IMG/VR virus record: IMGVR_UViG_3300048901_000105
Coordinates: 1 to 33,403 of that record
DNA: 33,403 nucleotides
Source: a virus
Lineage: Duplodnaviria > Caudoviricetes
Strand: one strand, 5' to 3'
Shown here: one piece after another, positions 1-9,068 of the stretch
Layout: each line of letters starts with the position of its first letter
Numbering within the stretch: the stretch's first letter is position 1
Notes under the pieces: model-generated
Databases searched by the model: none
What the model saw: only the letters and a program-made list of their open reading frames with translations
What the model was told of the DNA's origin: nothing
Position numbers and translations under genes: made by a program

Positions 1-28
1 GCGCGGCTGATTTAATCCTAACCATCCA

Positions 29-463
29 ATGAAGACAAGAGGCCGCCATTCCAGTGTTTCCAAGACTTTGGTGTCGGGAAACTTCGGCGAGCGCCCAGAG
101 CCTCCGGTAATTCTTACAAAGCGGCAACAAGACATCTGGAAAGCAGTCGTTGCTTCAGAAGACCCGGTGTTTTTTAACACAGAGGTTTTGCGTGGGATGC
201 TTGCGGATTACTGCAAGAGGCGGGCGATTGCCGACGAGATAAGCGAAGTTATCGATGGTTTGGGCGACACTTGGTCCGGTGATCGAGGCGGCGCGCTGGA
301 GCTTGAGCGGTTGCTTCGGATGCGCGACCGAGAGCAGAAGGCGGTTGCCAATTTTGCGACAAAACTTCGGCTGACTAATCAGGCGAGGTATCAGTCGGCG
401 GTTGCGGCTCGGGTTGTCGAGCGTGGTGAGAAGGCCGACGAGCCTTGGCGAAAAAGCGCATAA
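29..463 (+). CDS. terS: Terminase small subunit (P27-like)
   Basis: 144 aa ORF overlapping terL start; P-x-x-L-T...W helix and C-terminal ATKLRLTNQAR motif typical of P27-family small terminases. Confidence 0.8.
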   Translation: MKTRGRHSSVSKTLVSGNFGERPEPPVILTKRQQDIWKAVVASEDPVFFNTEVLRGMLADYCKRRAIADEISEVIDGLGDTWSGDRGGALELERLLRMRDREQKAVANFATKLRLTNQARYQSAVAARVVERGEKADEPWRKSA

Positions 464-1968
464 CCCGCGCGCAGCAAGCCATCGACTGGATCGAGAAGTA
501 CTGCATCGTGCCCGAGGGCGCGCTCGTCGGGCAGCGGGTGAAGCTGCGGCAGTGGCAGCAGGACGAGATCTGCCGCATCTACGACAACCCGGCCGGCACT
601 CGCCGGGCAATCCTTAGCTTCGGGCGCAAGAATGGCAAGACCGGGCTTGGGTCGTTCCTGTTGCTGCTGCACCTGTGTGGCCCAGAGGCGCGGCCGAACA
701 GCCAGCTATTCTCGGCGGCGCAATCCCGCGAACAGGCCGGGCTGCTGTTTCGGCTGGCGGCCAAGATCGTCCGGATGTCACAACCGCTGAACCGGGTGGT
801 GGTGATCCGCGAGACGGCGAAGGAACTTTCGTGTCCCGAACTGGGCACGATCTACCGCGCGCTGTCGGCGGAAGCGACCACCGCATTCGGACTGTCACCA
901 GTGTTCGTCGTCCACGACGAGCTAGGCCAAGTCCGCGGGCCGCGCAGCCGCATGTACGAAGCGCTGGAAACCGCAACCGGCGCGCAGTCCGACCCGCTGT
1001 CGATCATCATCAGCACGCAGGCGCCGACCGATGCCGATCTGCTGTCGGTGCTGATCGATGACGGCCTGGCCGCGCACGACCCGCGGGTGGTGGTGTCGCT
1101 TTACACCGCGCCCGTGGAACTGGACGCATTTAGCGAAGCGGCGATCCGCGCTGCCAACCCGGCATTCGGTGATTTTCTGAACGCCACTGAAGTTCTCGCG
1201 ATGGCGGCCGATGCCGAGCGCATGCCGGCGCGCCAGGCGGAATTCGAGAACCTGATCCTCAACCGCCGGGTCGAGGCGTCGGCGCCGTTCATCGGCCGGC
1301 AGCTCTGGGCCGCCTGCGCCGCCACGCCGCGCCCGCTGGACGGGCACCCGGTCTATGGCGGCCTCGACCTGTCGGCGGTGAGCGACCTCACCGCGCTGGT
1401 GTTGGGCGTGCGGGTTGCCGGCATCTGGAACGTGCATCCGACATTCTGGCTGCCGGGTGACGGGCTGGCGGTGAAGAGCCGCAACGACCGGGTGCCATAT
1501 GACCTCTGGCATAGCCAGGGCTACCTGCTGGCGGCGCCCGGCAAGGCGGTCGATTACGAGTACATCGCCGAGCACCTGCGCGGCGTGTTCGACCGGCACG
1601 ACGTGCGCAAAGTCGGTTTCGACCGCTGGGGCTGGAAGCACCTGCGGCCCTGGCTGCTGAAAGCCGGCTTTAGCGAGGCGCAGCTCGATGAGCACTTTGT
1701 CGAGTTCGGTCAGGGTTATCAGGATATGTCTCCGGCGCTCCGGGCGCTGGAGGCGGAGGTGCTCAACGCGCGCATCGCGCATGGCGGCCACCCGGTGCTG
1801 ACGATGTGCATGGCAAATGCGGTGGTGCAGATCGACCCCGCCGGCAACCGCAAGCTCGTCAAGGACAAGTCTGCCGGCCGCATCGACGGCGCCGTCGCGC
1901 TGGCGATGATGGCGGGTGTGGCGCCGCTTGAGGAGCGACCGTTCAACCACCGAACGATGATCGCCTGA
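445..1968 (+). CDS. terL: Terminase large subunit (cos/HK97-type)
   Basis: Walker A GRKNGKT, Walker B VVHDELG, coupling motif IISTQ, nuclease motifs GGLDLS and RIDGAVA. Confidence 0.97.
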   Translation: MAKKRITRAQQAIDWIEKYCIVPEGALVGQRVKLRQWQQDEICRIYDNPAGTRRAILSFGRKNGKTGLGSFLLLLHLCGPEARPNSQLFSAAQSREQAGLLFRLAAKIVRMSQPLNRVVVIRETAKELSCPELGTIYRALSAEATTAFGLSPVFVVHDELGQVRGPRSRMYEALETATGAQSDPLSIIISTQAPTDADLLSVLIDDGLAAHDPRVVVSLYTAPVELDAFSEAAIRAANPAFGDFLNATEVLAMAADAERMPARQAEFENLILNRRVEASAPFIGRQLWAACAATPRPLDGHPVYGGLDLSAVSDLTALVLGVRVAGIWNVHPTFWLPGDGLAVKSRNDRVPYDLWHSQGYLLAAPGKAVDYEYIAEHLRGVFDRHDVRKVGFDRWGWKHLRPWLLKAGFSEAQLDEHFVEFGQGYQDMSPALRALEAEVLNARIAHGGHPVLTMCMANAVVQIDPAGNRKLVKDKSAGRIDGAVALAMMAGVAPLEERPFNHRTMIA

Positions 1969-1969
1969 C

Positions 1970-1998
1970 AGGCCGCCTCCGGGCGGCCTTTTCATTTT
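1970..1998 (+). terminator. Intrinsic terminator-like hairpin after terL
   Basis: AGGCCGCC-TCCG-GGCGGCCT stem-loop followed by TTTCATTTT. Confidence 0.6.
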
Positions 1999-2009
1999 GG
2001 GACCAAGGC

Positions 2010-3956
2010 ATGGAACTTCGCAAACGGCAGTCTGCGGCGCCGCCGCCGGCTGACGACCCGCTCGAATTTGTCATGTCGGACGGCAGCGTCGACCGCATGG
2101 GCGACGTGATCGAACCGGATGGCTGGCGGCTCGACAACTTCCGCAAGAACCCCGTCGCGCTGTTCGGGCATGAGCCATCCTTCCCGATCGGCCGCTGGCG
2201 CGACGTTGGCGTGCGCCGCGGCCAGCTCACCGGCCGGCTCGACCTGATGGAGCCGGTGTCGGAGCGGCTGCGCGAAATCCACGCCGCGGTCAACGGCGGC
2301 GTCCTGCGCGCCGTCTCCGTTGGTTTTCACTCCGAGGCCGCCGAGCCGATGAAGGGCGGCGGCCTGCGTTTCACCGAGGCCGAGCTGGTCGAGTGCTCGC
2401 TCGTCTCCGTGCCGGCAAACCCGAACGCCCTGGCGATCGCCAAGGCGCTCGGCATCTCCCGCGAAGGGCAATCGCTGATCTTTGGGGCGCATCCCGAGGG
2501 AGATCGGCCGGCGCCGCGCGGTCATGGGGCGCATCCCGAAAAGGAACCGATCCATCGAAAGAATCCAGTCATGAACTACAGCGAACGTATCGAGGCCGCG
2601 CAGGCGGAAGTCGTCGGCCTGCAAGACCAGTTGTCGTCACTGCCGGACGTTGACGACGTGCAGCGGGTGAACGATCTCACCGGCAAAATCGGCGAGGTCA
2701 AAGGCAAGATCTTTGCCTGGCTCGAAGCCGAGAAGGCGCTCGGCGGTGAAGCCCAGCCGATCACGGTTCCGAAGGACCGGATCACCGTTTACTCGCCACA
2801 GCAGTCGTTGCCGGCGAGCGCGCCTAAAACGTGGGCGCAGCCGAAGCGCAAAGAAACCCCGGTCGGCGACCATATCCTGCGTCACTTCGCGGCGACCACC
2901 ATTGCCTATGTCAAACGGCAGCCGGTCGATGTCGCCCTGGCCGAGCTGTACGGCAGCTACGGTGACTTCGAGGCGACCAAGGGTATCGTCGAGTGGCGTA
3001 CCCGTGCCGCTACCGCGCCAGCCACAACCACGACGGCGGGCTGGGCGGCCGAGCTGGCGGTGACAGGGCAGGGCGAATGGTTCAACACGGTCATGGCCGG
3101 CTCGATCTTCCAGCCGGTGGCGGCCCGCGGCATGAACATCACGCTCGGCCGCTACAACCAGATCAGCATGCCGACGCGAGCCGCGACGCCGACCATTGCC
3201 GGCTCGTTCGTCGCGGAAGGCGCGCCCATTCCGGTGCGGCAGGCTGCTTTCACTACCGTCGCGCTCGGCCTCAAGAAAATGGCCGTGATCACTTCGTATA
3301 CGCGGGAAATCGCCGAGCACTCGACGCCGGAAATCGAGACGATCCTGCGCCAGTTGATCATGGACGACACGGGCGTCGCGGTGGACACGGTGTTCATCGA
3401 CAACGTGGCGGTATCGACCATCCGACCGGCTGGCATCCGCAACGGCGTCTCGGGCCTCACACCAACCGCGGGCGGCGGGTTTGCCGCTCTGGTCGGCGAC
3501 CTGAAAGCGATGGTCGGCGCGCTCGCCGCGGTCAATGCGATGGGGAGCCTCGTCTGGATCATGAACCCGGTGCAGCAGATCGCCATCTCGCTGACCCAGA
3601 ATGCCGGCGGCGACTTCCCGTTCCAGGCCGACATCAACGCCAACCGGCTGCTCGGATACGGCGTCGTCGTCTCCTCGACGGTGCCGGCCGGCATGGTGAT
3701 CTTGATCAATGCCGATGACCTCATGGTGGTGCAGGGCGACACGCCGCGCTTCGATGTGTCGGATCAGGCCACCCTGCACTTCGAGGACACGACGCCGCTG
3801 CAAATCACCACGGGCGCGCAGGGCAGCGCGGTGGCGGCAACCCCGGTGCGGAGCATGTTCCAAACGGACTCTCTCGCACTGAGGATGATTTTGCCGATGA
3901 ACTGGGCGTTGCGGCGCACCGGCAGCGTCGCCTGGGTTACTGGGGTCACATGGTAG
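2010..3956 (+). CDS. Fused HK97-type prohead protease and major capsid protein
   Basis: N-terminal protease motifs (DRMGDVI, NPVALFGH, AVSVGF, ECSLVSVPANPNAL), coiled-coil segment from MNYSERIE, then capsid-like FVAEGAPIP, KKMAVIT, SMFQTDSLALR. Confidence 0.93.
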   Translation: MELRKRQSAAPPPADDPLEFVMSDGSVDRMGDVIEPDGWRLDNFRKNPVALFGHEPSFPIGRWRDVGVRRGQLTGRLDLMEPVSERLREIHAAVNGGVLRAVSVGFHSEAAEPMKGGGLRFTEAELVECSLVSVPANPNALAIAKALGISREGQSLIFGAHPEGDRPAPRGHGAHPEKEPIHRKNPVMNYSERIEAAQAEVVGLQDQLSSLPDVDDVQRVNDLTGKIGEVKGKIFAWLEAEKALGGEAQPITVPKDRITVYSPQQSLPASAPKTWAQPKRKETPVGDHILRHFAATTIAYVKRQPVDVALAELYGSYGDFEATKGIVEWRTRAATAPATTTTAGWAAELAVTGQGEWFNTVMAGSIFQPVAARGMNITLGRYNQISMPTRAATPTIAGSFVAEGAPIPVRQAAFTTVALGLKKMAVITSYTREIAEHSTPEIETILRQLIMDDTGVAVDTVFIDNVAVSTIRPAGIRNGVSGLTPTAGGGFAALVGDLKAMVGALAAVNAMGSLVWIMNPVQQIAISLTQNAGGDFPFQADINANRLLGYGVVVSSTVPAGMVILINADDLMVVQGDTPRFDVSDQATLHFEDTTPLQITTGAQGSAVAATPVRSMFQTDSLALRMILPMNWALRRTGSVAWVTGVTW

Positions 3957-4028
3957 GACCGCGCCGCTACGGATGGCGAAAGCCGGCGCAGTGGTTGCTG
4001 CGTCGGCGCATCACAAAGGATCAAGGCA

Positions 4029-4370
4029 ATGCCGATGGAATTGAACGAACAGCAGCAGGCGGCAAAGACGGCATACCAGCAACGGCGGGAACGGACAGCG
4101 GCGCTGACCAACCTGACCCTAACCTCGACCGATGGAACCGCTCTCGGCCCGCCAACCCCGACGCAGGAAGAAAATGACCTGTTGGCGCTAGGGCTGATGC
4201 ATCCCGACGACAAGGCTGCGCCGCCCCAGGACAAGGCGATGCCATCGGTGGCAGCGCAGCAGGCGTATCTGCAAGACGGCACGGCATTGCCGCAGCGGGC
4301 AGCAGCTTCTCCCGCCCGGCCGGCACCCGCGGCTGAGCAGCGCACCGTGCCGCGGACGCCTGCCGCCTGA
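4029..4370 (+). CDS. Hypothetical head-module protein
   Basis: 113 aa ORF between capsid and portal; its stop overlaps the portal start (TGATG). Confidence 0.7.
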   Translation: MPMELNEQQQAAKTAYQQRRERTAALTNLTLTSTDGTALGPPTPTQEENDLLALGLMHPDDKAAPPQDKAMPSVAAQQAYLQDGTALPQRAAASPARPAPAAEQRTVPRTPAA

Positions 4371-5734
4371 TGCCATTGCCTCTATGGGTGGGGAGGATGC
4401 TCCCCACCCGGCAGAAAGCCGCGCCGACCACGATGTCGACGGGCGGCTACATCCCACCCGAATGGCCGTGGAATTTCTGGCAGATGGGCATGGACCCGCT
4501 GCCGACCGGCGGCGGCGCCGTGGTCAGTGCCTGCATCGCCGCTTATGCCGAAACCGCCGCACAGTGCCCGCCGTCGCACTGGCGCTCGACCGGCGACGGC
4601 GGGCGCGAGCGGGTCACGACGAGTGCATTGTCGCGCGTGATGCTGCGGCCGAACAGTTACCAGAGCGGCAGCGACTTCATGCTTAACCTGATGGGCGCGC
4701 TCTACGGCGACGGCAACGCCTACGCCTACGCCGTCCGCAACAATCGGTTCGAAGTCGACGCCCTACACCTGATGGCGCCTGCCTCCTGCAACGCCACCGT
4801 CGCGAGTAACGGCGAGATCTTCTATTCGCTGGCCGGCAACCCGGTCGTCGAGAACATGCTGCCGCGCGAGGCGCTGACCCGCGTGCCGGCGCGCGATGTG
4901 CTGCACGTCAAGCTGGACGCCCGCAACGGCAACCCGCTAAAGGGCGAGGCGCCGTGGATCAATGCCACCGCAGACATTGCGGCGTCGAACAGCATGGTCA
5001 GCCAGGCGCTGGCCTTTTCGCGCAACAGCGCGCGGCCAAGCGGCATCCTGACCACCGACCAGGCGCTTGAGGATTGGCAGAACGCCGAGATCCGGCAGAT
5101 GTGGGCGCAGCGCACCACGGGCGCCGAGGCCGGCGGCACGCCGATCCTGTCGTCGGGTCTGAAGTGGCAGCAGATCACGATGAACTCGCGCGACGCGCAG
5201 CTCGCCGAGCTGTTGCAGATCGCCGATGGTCGCATCGCCACGGCGTACCGCATCCCGCTGTCACTACTCTCGTTGTGGAGCTCCCAAGCCGCCACCATCG
5301 GCGACGAGCAGATGCGCTTTTGGGTTTCGGGGCCTTTCGGCTTCGCGCTCAATCACGTCGAGGATGGCATCGGGAAGTTCTTCGGGCTGCCCGGTTGGCC
5401 GGGTGAGTATCTGGAATTTGACACCGCCGCGCTGTTGCGCTCGGCACAGCGCGACCGCATCGAGGCGCTCGCCCGCGGCGTGCAGGGCGGCATTTACAGC
5501 CCGAACGAAGCGCGGGCGCTGGAAGATCTGCCGGCGGCCGCGGAAGGCGACGAGCCGCGGGTGCAGCAACAGGTCGTGCCGCTGTCCGCTTGGGCGGACG
5601 TGCCGCCGGCGACTTCCGCTCCCGCCGCACCCGCGGCACCGGAGGCGGCACCACCCGCCAACGAGAACGATACCGCGGCGGCAAAGGCTGCCGGCATCGC
5701 CGCAATCCGGAGGCAGTGGCATGCCGGCGCTTGA
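4370..5734 (+). CDS. Portal protein (HK97 family)
   Basis: RPNSYQSGSDF, GNAYAY, DVLHVKL, RPSGIL, IATAYRIP, GIYSPNEARALEDLP motifs. Confidence 0.95.
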   Translation: MPLPLWVGRMLPTRQKAAPTTMSTGGYIPPEWPWNFWQMGMDPLPTGGGAVVSACIAAYAETAAQCPPSHWRSTGDGGRERVTTSALSRVMLRPNSYQSGSDFMLNLMGALYGDGNAYAYAVRNNRFEVDALHLMAPASCNATVASNGEIFYSLAGNPVVENMLPREALTRVPARDVLHVKLDARNGNPLKGEAPWINATADIAASNSMVSQALAFSRNSARPSGILTTDQALEDWQNAEIRQMWAQRTTGAEAGGTPILSSGLKWQQITMNSRDAQLAELLQIADGRIATAYRIPLSLLSLWSSQAATIGDEQMRFWVSGPFGFALNHVEDGIGKFFGLPGWPGEYLEFDTAALLRSAQRDRIEALARGVQGGIYSPNEARALEDLPAAAEGDEPRVQQQVVPLSAWADVPPATSAPAAPAAPEAAPPANENDTAAAKAAGIAAIRRQWHAGA

Positions 5735-6353
5735 CGAGCTGGCCGCCGAACTGGGCGGCGAGCTTGGCGCGATTGCCGCCCGCATCGAGCGCGACTTGCG
5801 GCTGGCGTTTGCCGTCGAGGTCGAGCGGCTGCGCGCCGACCGGGCCGAGTTCGAGCTGCGGATAGAACGCGCCGTCGCCGAGCGACTGGCGTCCCTCAAA
5901 GATGGGCCACCCGGCCCCGCTGGCGAGCGTGGAGAGAGGGGAGAGCCCGGAGAGGGTATCGCAGGCCCACCCGGAGAACAGGGCATCCAGGGGCCTCCGG
6001 GGCCGCCCGCAGAGCCACCCTATGTCGGCGAGGTCTGCGGCCTGTGGGATGCCGCCCGCGAGTACCGGAAATTTGATCTGGTACAGATGAACGGCGCCGA
6101 GTGGCGCGCCCGCCGAGACGCGCCGGGGCCATTGCCGGGCGATGGCTGGGCACTGTCGGCCAAAGCCGGCGAGCGCGGCCAGCGCGGCGAAGGCCAGCGC
6201 GGCGAACGCGGCCCGCCCGGCATCTCGGCGCCGACCATCGCGGAATGGGCCGTGCGCGATTACCGAGCCGTCCCGATCATGTCGGACGGCAGCGCCGGCC
6301 CGCCGCTCGATCTGCGCGAGTTGTTCGAGCAGTATCACGCCGAGGCCGAGTGA
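5721..6353 (+). CDS. Collagen-like (Gly-X-Y) virion protein
   Basis: True start likely ATG 5721 (MPALDELAA, GGAGG upstream); N-terminal coiled coil, two GXY runs flanking a YRKFDLVQMNGAEWRA module. Confidence 0.8.
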   Translation: MPALDELAAELGGELGAIAARIERDLRLAFAVEVERLRADRAEFELRIERAVAERLASLKDGPPGPAGERGERGEPGEGIAGPPGEQGIQGPPGPPAEPPYVGEVCGLWDAAREYRKFDLVQMNGAEWRARRDAPGPLPGDGWALSAKAGERGQRGEGQRGERGPPGISAPTIAEWAVRDYRAVPIMSDGSAGPPLDLRELFEQYHAEAE

Positions 6354-6973
6354 CGCCGCTCTACACGACGCTCGTAACGCCGGCCGCCGACCGCAAGCTC
6401 GTGACGCTCGACGACCTGCGCGAGCAGCTCCGGGTGCGGCCGGGCGATGTCGCGAATGACGCCTGGTACAGCAAGGTCATCGACCGCTCGTCCCGCGCCG
6501 CCGAGCGCTACTGCAACCGCATCTTCAGCATGCAGGGCTATCTCGACACCTTCCTGGGCGGCGCGATCGGCCTGCCCGGCGAGCCGCTGATCCTGAGCCA
6601 GGCGCCGGTCGACCCGGATGATCTGGAACTGAATCTCGACGGCACCGGATTGGCCGCAACCGAATACGCCCTGCAACCATTGGTCGGGCACATCTGGCGC
6701 ATGGGCGGCAGCAATTACTGGAGCAGCACAGGCGGGCTCTCGGTTGCCTTCAGCGCAGGGTTTAGCGAAATCCCGGCCGACGTGCAGCAGGCGGTGCTCG
6801 ACCTTTGCACCCAGGAGAACGCCGCCCGCGGCCGCGACCCGATGCTGCGCGCCACGGAGTCGCCCGGCCTCGGGCGGCAGGAATACTGGGTCGGCGGCGT
6901 GCCCGGCGCCTCGCTGATCCCGCAGGACATCGCGAGCCTCCTCAACCCGTATCGCCGCGGCTTTGTCGGATGA
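6350..6973 (+). CDS. Head-tail connector/adaptor (gp6-like)
   Basis: GTG start overlapping previous stop; LVTLDDLREQL, AAERYCNR, AGFSEIPADVQQAVL, LLNPYRR motifs. Confidence 0.8.
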   Translation: MTPLYTTLVTPAADRKLVTLDDLREQLRVRPGDVANDAWYSKVIDRSSRAAERYCNRIFSMQGYLDTFLGGAIGLPGEPLILSQAPVDPDDLELNLDGTGLAATEYALQPLVGHIWRMGGSNYWSSTGGLSVAFSAGFSEIPADVQQAVLDLCTQENAARGRDPMLRATESPGLGRQEYWVGGVPGASLIPQDIASLLNPYRRGFVG

Positions 6974-7452
6974 CGGGCGGCATCAAGTTCGGCATTACCG
7001 CCGACGACACCAAGCTGCGCCTGGCGCTCGATAACCTGCCAGCCGAACTTCGGCGGCGGCTGCGCGCCAAGATCGCCGAGTTGACGTCCGAGCTGTTGCG
7101 CCGGGTCGAGGCGCGCGAGCCCCGGCGCACCGGCCGGCTGCGCTCGTTGACCCGTTCCTTTGTCGATGACAACACCGCCAAGAACTTCGTTCGCGGCCGG
7201 GTGCGCGTGCTGCGCGGCCGCGGCCACAACACCGCAGGCGCTGCCGGCGCGCTGGAATACGGCAGCACCGGGCGCCGCTTCCCGGTGCGCTCCTACCGCC
7301 GCCGCGGCGCCAACGTCCGGGGCTATGACCGCCGCGGCGGTCTGCGCGAGCTGCGGTTCCTGCGCGGGCCTGCCGCCGCCATGTTGCCGCGAGCGCGGCG
7401 CGAACTGGAAGACATCATCCGCTCGACCTTCCGGGACGCGCTGAAGCCGTGA
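6970..7452 (+). CDS. HK97 gp10-like tail completion/neck protein
   Basis: ATG 6970 overlapping previous stop; basic protein with P-RTGRLRS, ALEYG and RFLRG motifs. Confidence 0.7.
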   Translation: MTGGIKFGITADDTKLRLALDNLPAELRRRLRAKIAELTSELLRRVEAREPRRTGRLRSLTRSFVDDNTAKNFVRGRVRVLRGRGHNTAGAAGALEYGSTGRRFPVRSYRRRGANVRGYDRRGGLRELRFLRGPAAAMLPRARRELEDIIRSTFRDALKP

Positions 7453-8102
7453 ACCGCGAGACGATCATCGGCGCCCTGTTCAATAAATTGACCGGGCCGC
7501 CGCTGGTCGTCGCCTTCACCGCCGACACCACGACCGGCGACACGGTGCTGGCCAATGTCAGCGACCCGAGCGGCCTCATGGCCGGCATGCCGGTTGCCGG
7601 CGACGGCGTGCCGCTCGACGCGACGATCGCCACCATTACGCCGACCGTCACGCTGAGCCTGCCGGCGATCGCCGACCGCACCGCCGCGCCGCTGGTGCAG
7701 GGCTTCCTCACCACCGCGCGCCGCATGGCCGACCCCAACGTCGAGCAGGACATGCCCTCGCTCTATCTGGTGGAGGGCAACGAGGTCCATGCGCCGCGGC
7801 CGGACGGCGCCGCCGCGCTGGTCGAGCTGAACTGCGAAGCGTGGATCTACACCCGCGTCGGCGCGGCGCAGAACGCCGTTCCCGCCGCCATGCTCAACGT
7901 GCTGATCGACGGCATCGAGCGCGCGATCTACTCCAACCTGCCGCGCAGCTTCCGGCAGAACCTCGGCGTCCACGGTGTTCTCTACTGCCGCATCGAGGGT
8001 GAAGTACAAAAAGACCCCGGCCATTCCGCGCAGATGGCACTGGCCGTCATTCCAATAAAGATCGTTGTCGGCCAAAGCGCCGAGACATTCACCTTGTCAT
8101 AG
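7449..8102 (+). CDS. Tail terminator-like protein with inserted beta-rich domain
   Basis: Position just before tail tube; RETIIGALF...FLTTARR...PSLY...QNLG..V.YCRIEG...AVIPIKI pattern. Confidence 0.65.
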   Translation: MNRETIIGALFNKLTGPPLVVAFTADTTTGDTVLANVSDPSGLMAGMPVAGDGVPLDATIATITPTVTLSLPAIADRTAAPLVQGFLTTARRMADPNVEQDMPSLYLVEGNEVHAPRPDGAAALVELNCEAWIYTRVGAAQNAVPAAMLNVLIDGIERAIYSNLPRSFRQNLGVHGVLYCRIEGEVQKDPGHSAQMALAVIPIKIVVGQSAETFTLS

Positions 8103-8112
8103 GAGCATTCCA

Positions 8113-8619
8113 ATGGCGGCCGGCACGTTCAACATCTACGCAAAATCCGAGATCGTCGGCAAAGTAAAGTTCGTCGGCGCCAACGACATCGGCCCGCAGA
8201 TCACTATGGAATTGACCAAGGTCATGTTCCGCCCAGCCGCCGCGGTTGGGATGATACAGGATGAGTGGGGCCAGCTTCAGCTAACGGGCGAGGTGCTGGT
8301 GGACGATACCGGTATCTTCGGTACGATCACGCATCCCGATACTGCCGCCGTCTCGCCGCTGGTCGATATGTACTATATCGGCAAGGGCATCGTGTCGATT
8401 CAGCTTGAAGGTGATATTGCCTACCGTGACATCGGCAATGTGCCGACATTCGAGTTCACCCCGGACATCACGACATTGCCGCATTTCTCGTCACGCTATG
8501 GCGTGCGAGCGAAAGACCTGGAGGTCGTCACGGAAAAGAACGCGTCATTGAATATCGTCATGGATGAGTTCACCTACGACAACCTGATGCTGACTCTGAT
8601 GGGTGAGCCGACCGTCTGA
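8113..8619 (+). CDS. Tail tube (major tail) protein, apparently circularly permuted
   Basis: AGGAG RBS at 8101; contains YYIGKG, RDIGNVPTFEFTP, HFSSRYGVRAKD, MDEFT and KFVGANDIGP, DEWGQLQLTGEVL blocks; upstream of chaperones and tape measure. Confidence 0.8.
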   Translation: MAAGTFNIYAKSEIVGKVKFVGANDIGPQITMELTKVMFRPAAAVGMIQDEWGQLQLTGEVLVDDTGIFGTITHPDTAAVSPLVDMYYIGKGIVSIQLEGDIAYRDIGNVPTFEFTPDITTLPHFSSRYGVRAKDLEVVTEKNASLNIVMDEFTYDNLMLTLMGEPTV

Positions 8620-9068
8620 TGGTGTCCCTGGTCGATATCGTACCGCAGACCCGCCTGGTAGCGCTGTCCATCGGCACGGTGGAGTTGCGCGGGCTCGGGC
8701 TGCGGCACGTCGCCGATCTGCTCGTGCGCTTCCCCGAGCTGCGCAAGCTGTGGGCCGGCGGTGCCCCGGCGCTCGATGCTGATACTCTGATCGAGGCGGC
8801 GCCGGATGCCGTGGGCTGCATCATCGCGATTGCCGCCAGCCAGCCGGAAGCGGCCGCGACGATTGGCGACGCGCTGTCGATTGACGACGCCGCCGAGTGC
8901 CTCATCGCCATACGCGAGCTGACGATGCCGGGCGGTGTCGACCCTTTCGTCGAAAAGCTCGCGCGCCTGCTCGGCGCCGACGCGCTCCCCTCTGGCAAGG
9001 AAGCGGCTACGAATACGCCGCCGCCGCCGAACAGCTCATCGCATGCGGCCACAGTCCCGGCGACGTGA
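8619..9068 (+). CDS. Tail assembly chaperone (gpG-like)
   Basis: Between tail tube and tape measure; contains in-phase slippery heptamer C CCT TTC at 8942-8948. Confidence 0.75.
   Translation: MVSLVDIVPQTRLVALSIGTVELRGLGLRHVADLLVRFPELRKLWAGGAPALDADTLIEAAPDAVGCIIAIAASQPEAAATIGDALSIDDAAECLIAIRELTMPGGVDPFVEKLARLLGADALPSGKEAATNTPPPPNSSSHAATVPAT

Noticed and set aside
5226-5720. Upstream extension of the collagen ORF
   Set aside because: Lies within the portal gene; the plausible start is ATG 5721
922-8075. Long - strand ORFs opposite head and neck genes (e.g. 922-1995, 2637-3863, 5349-6338, 7323-8075)
   Set aside because: Antisense shadows expected in high-GC coding DNA; no motifs or RBS
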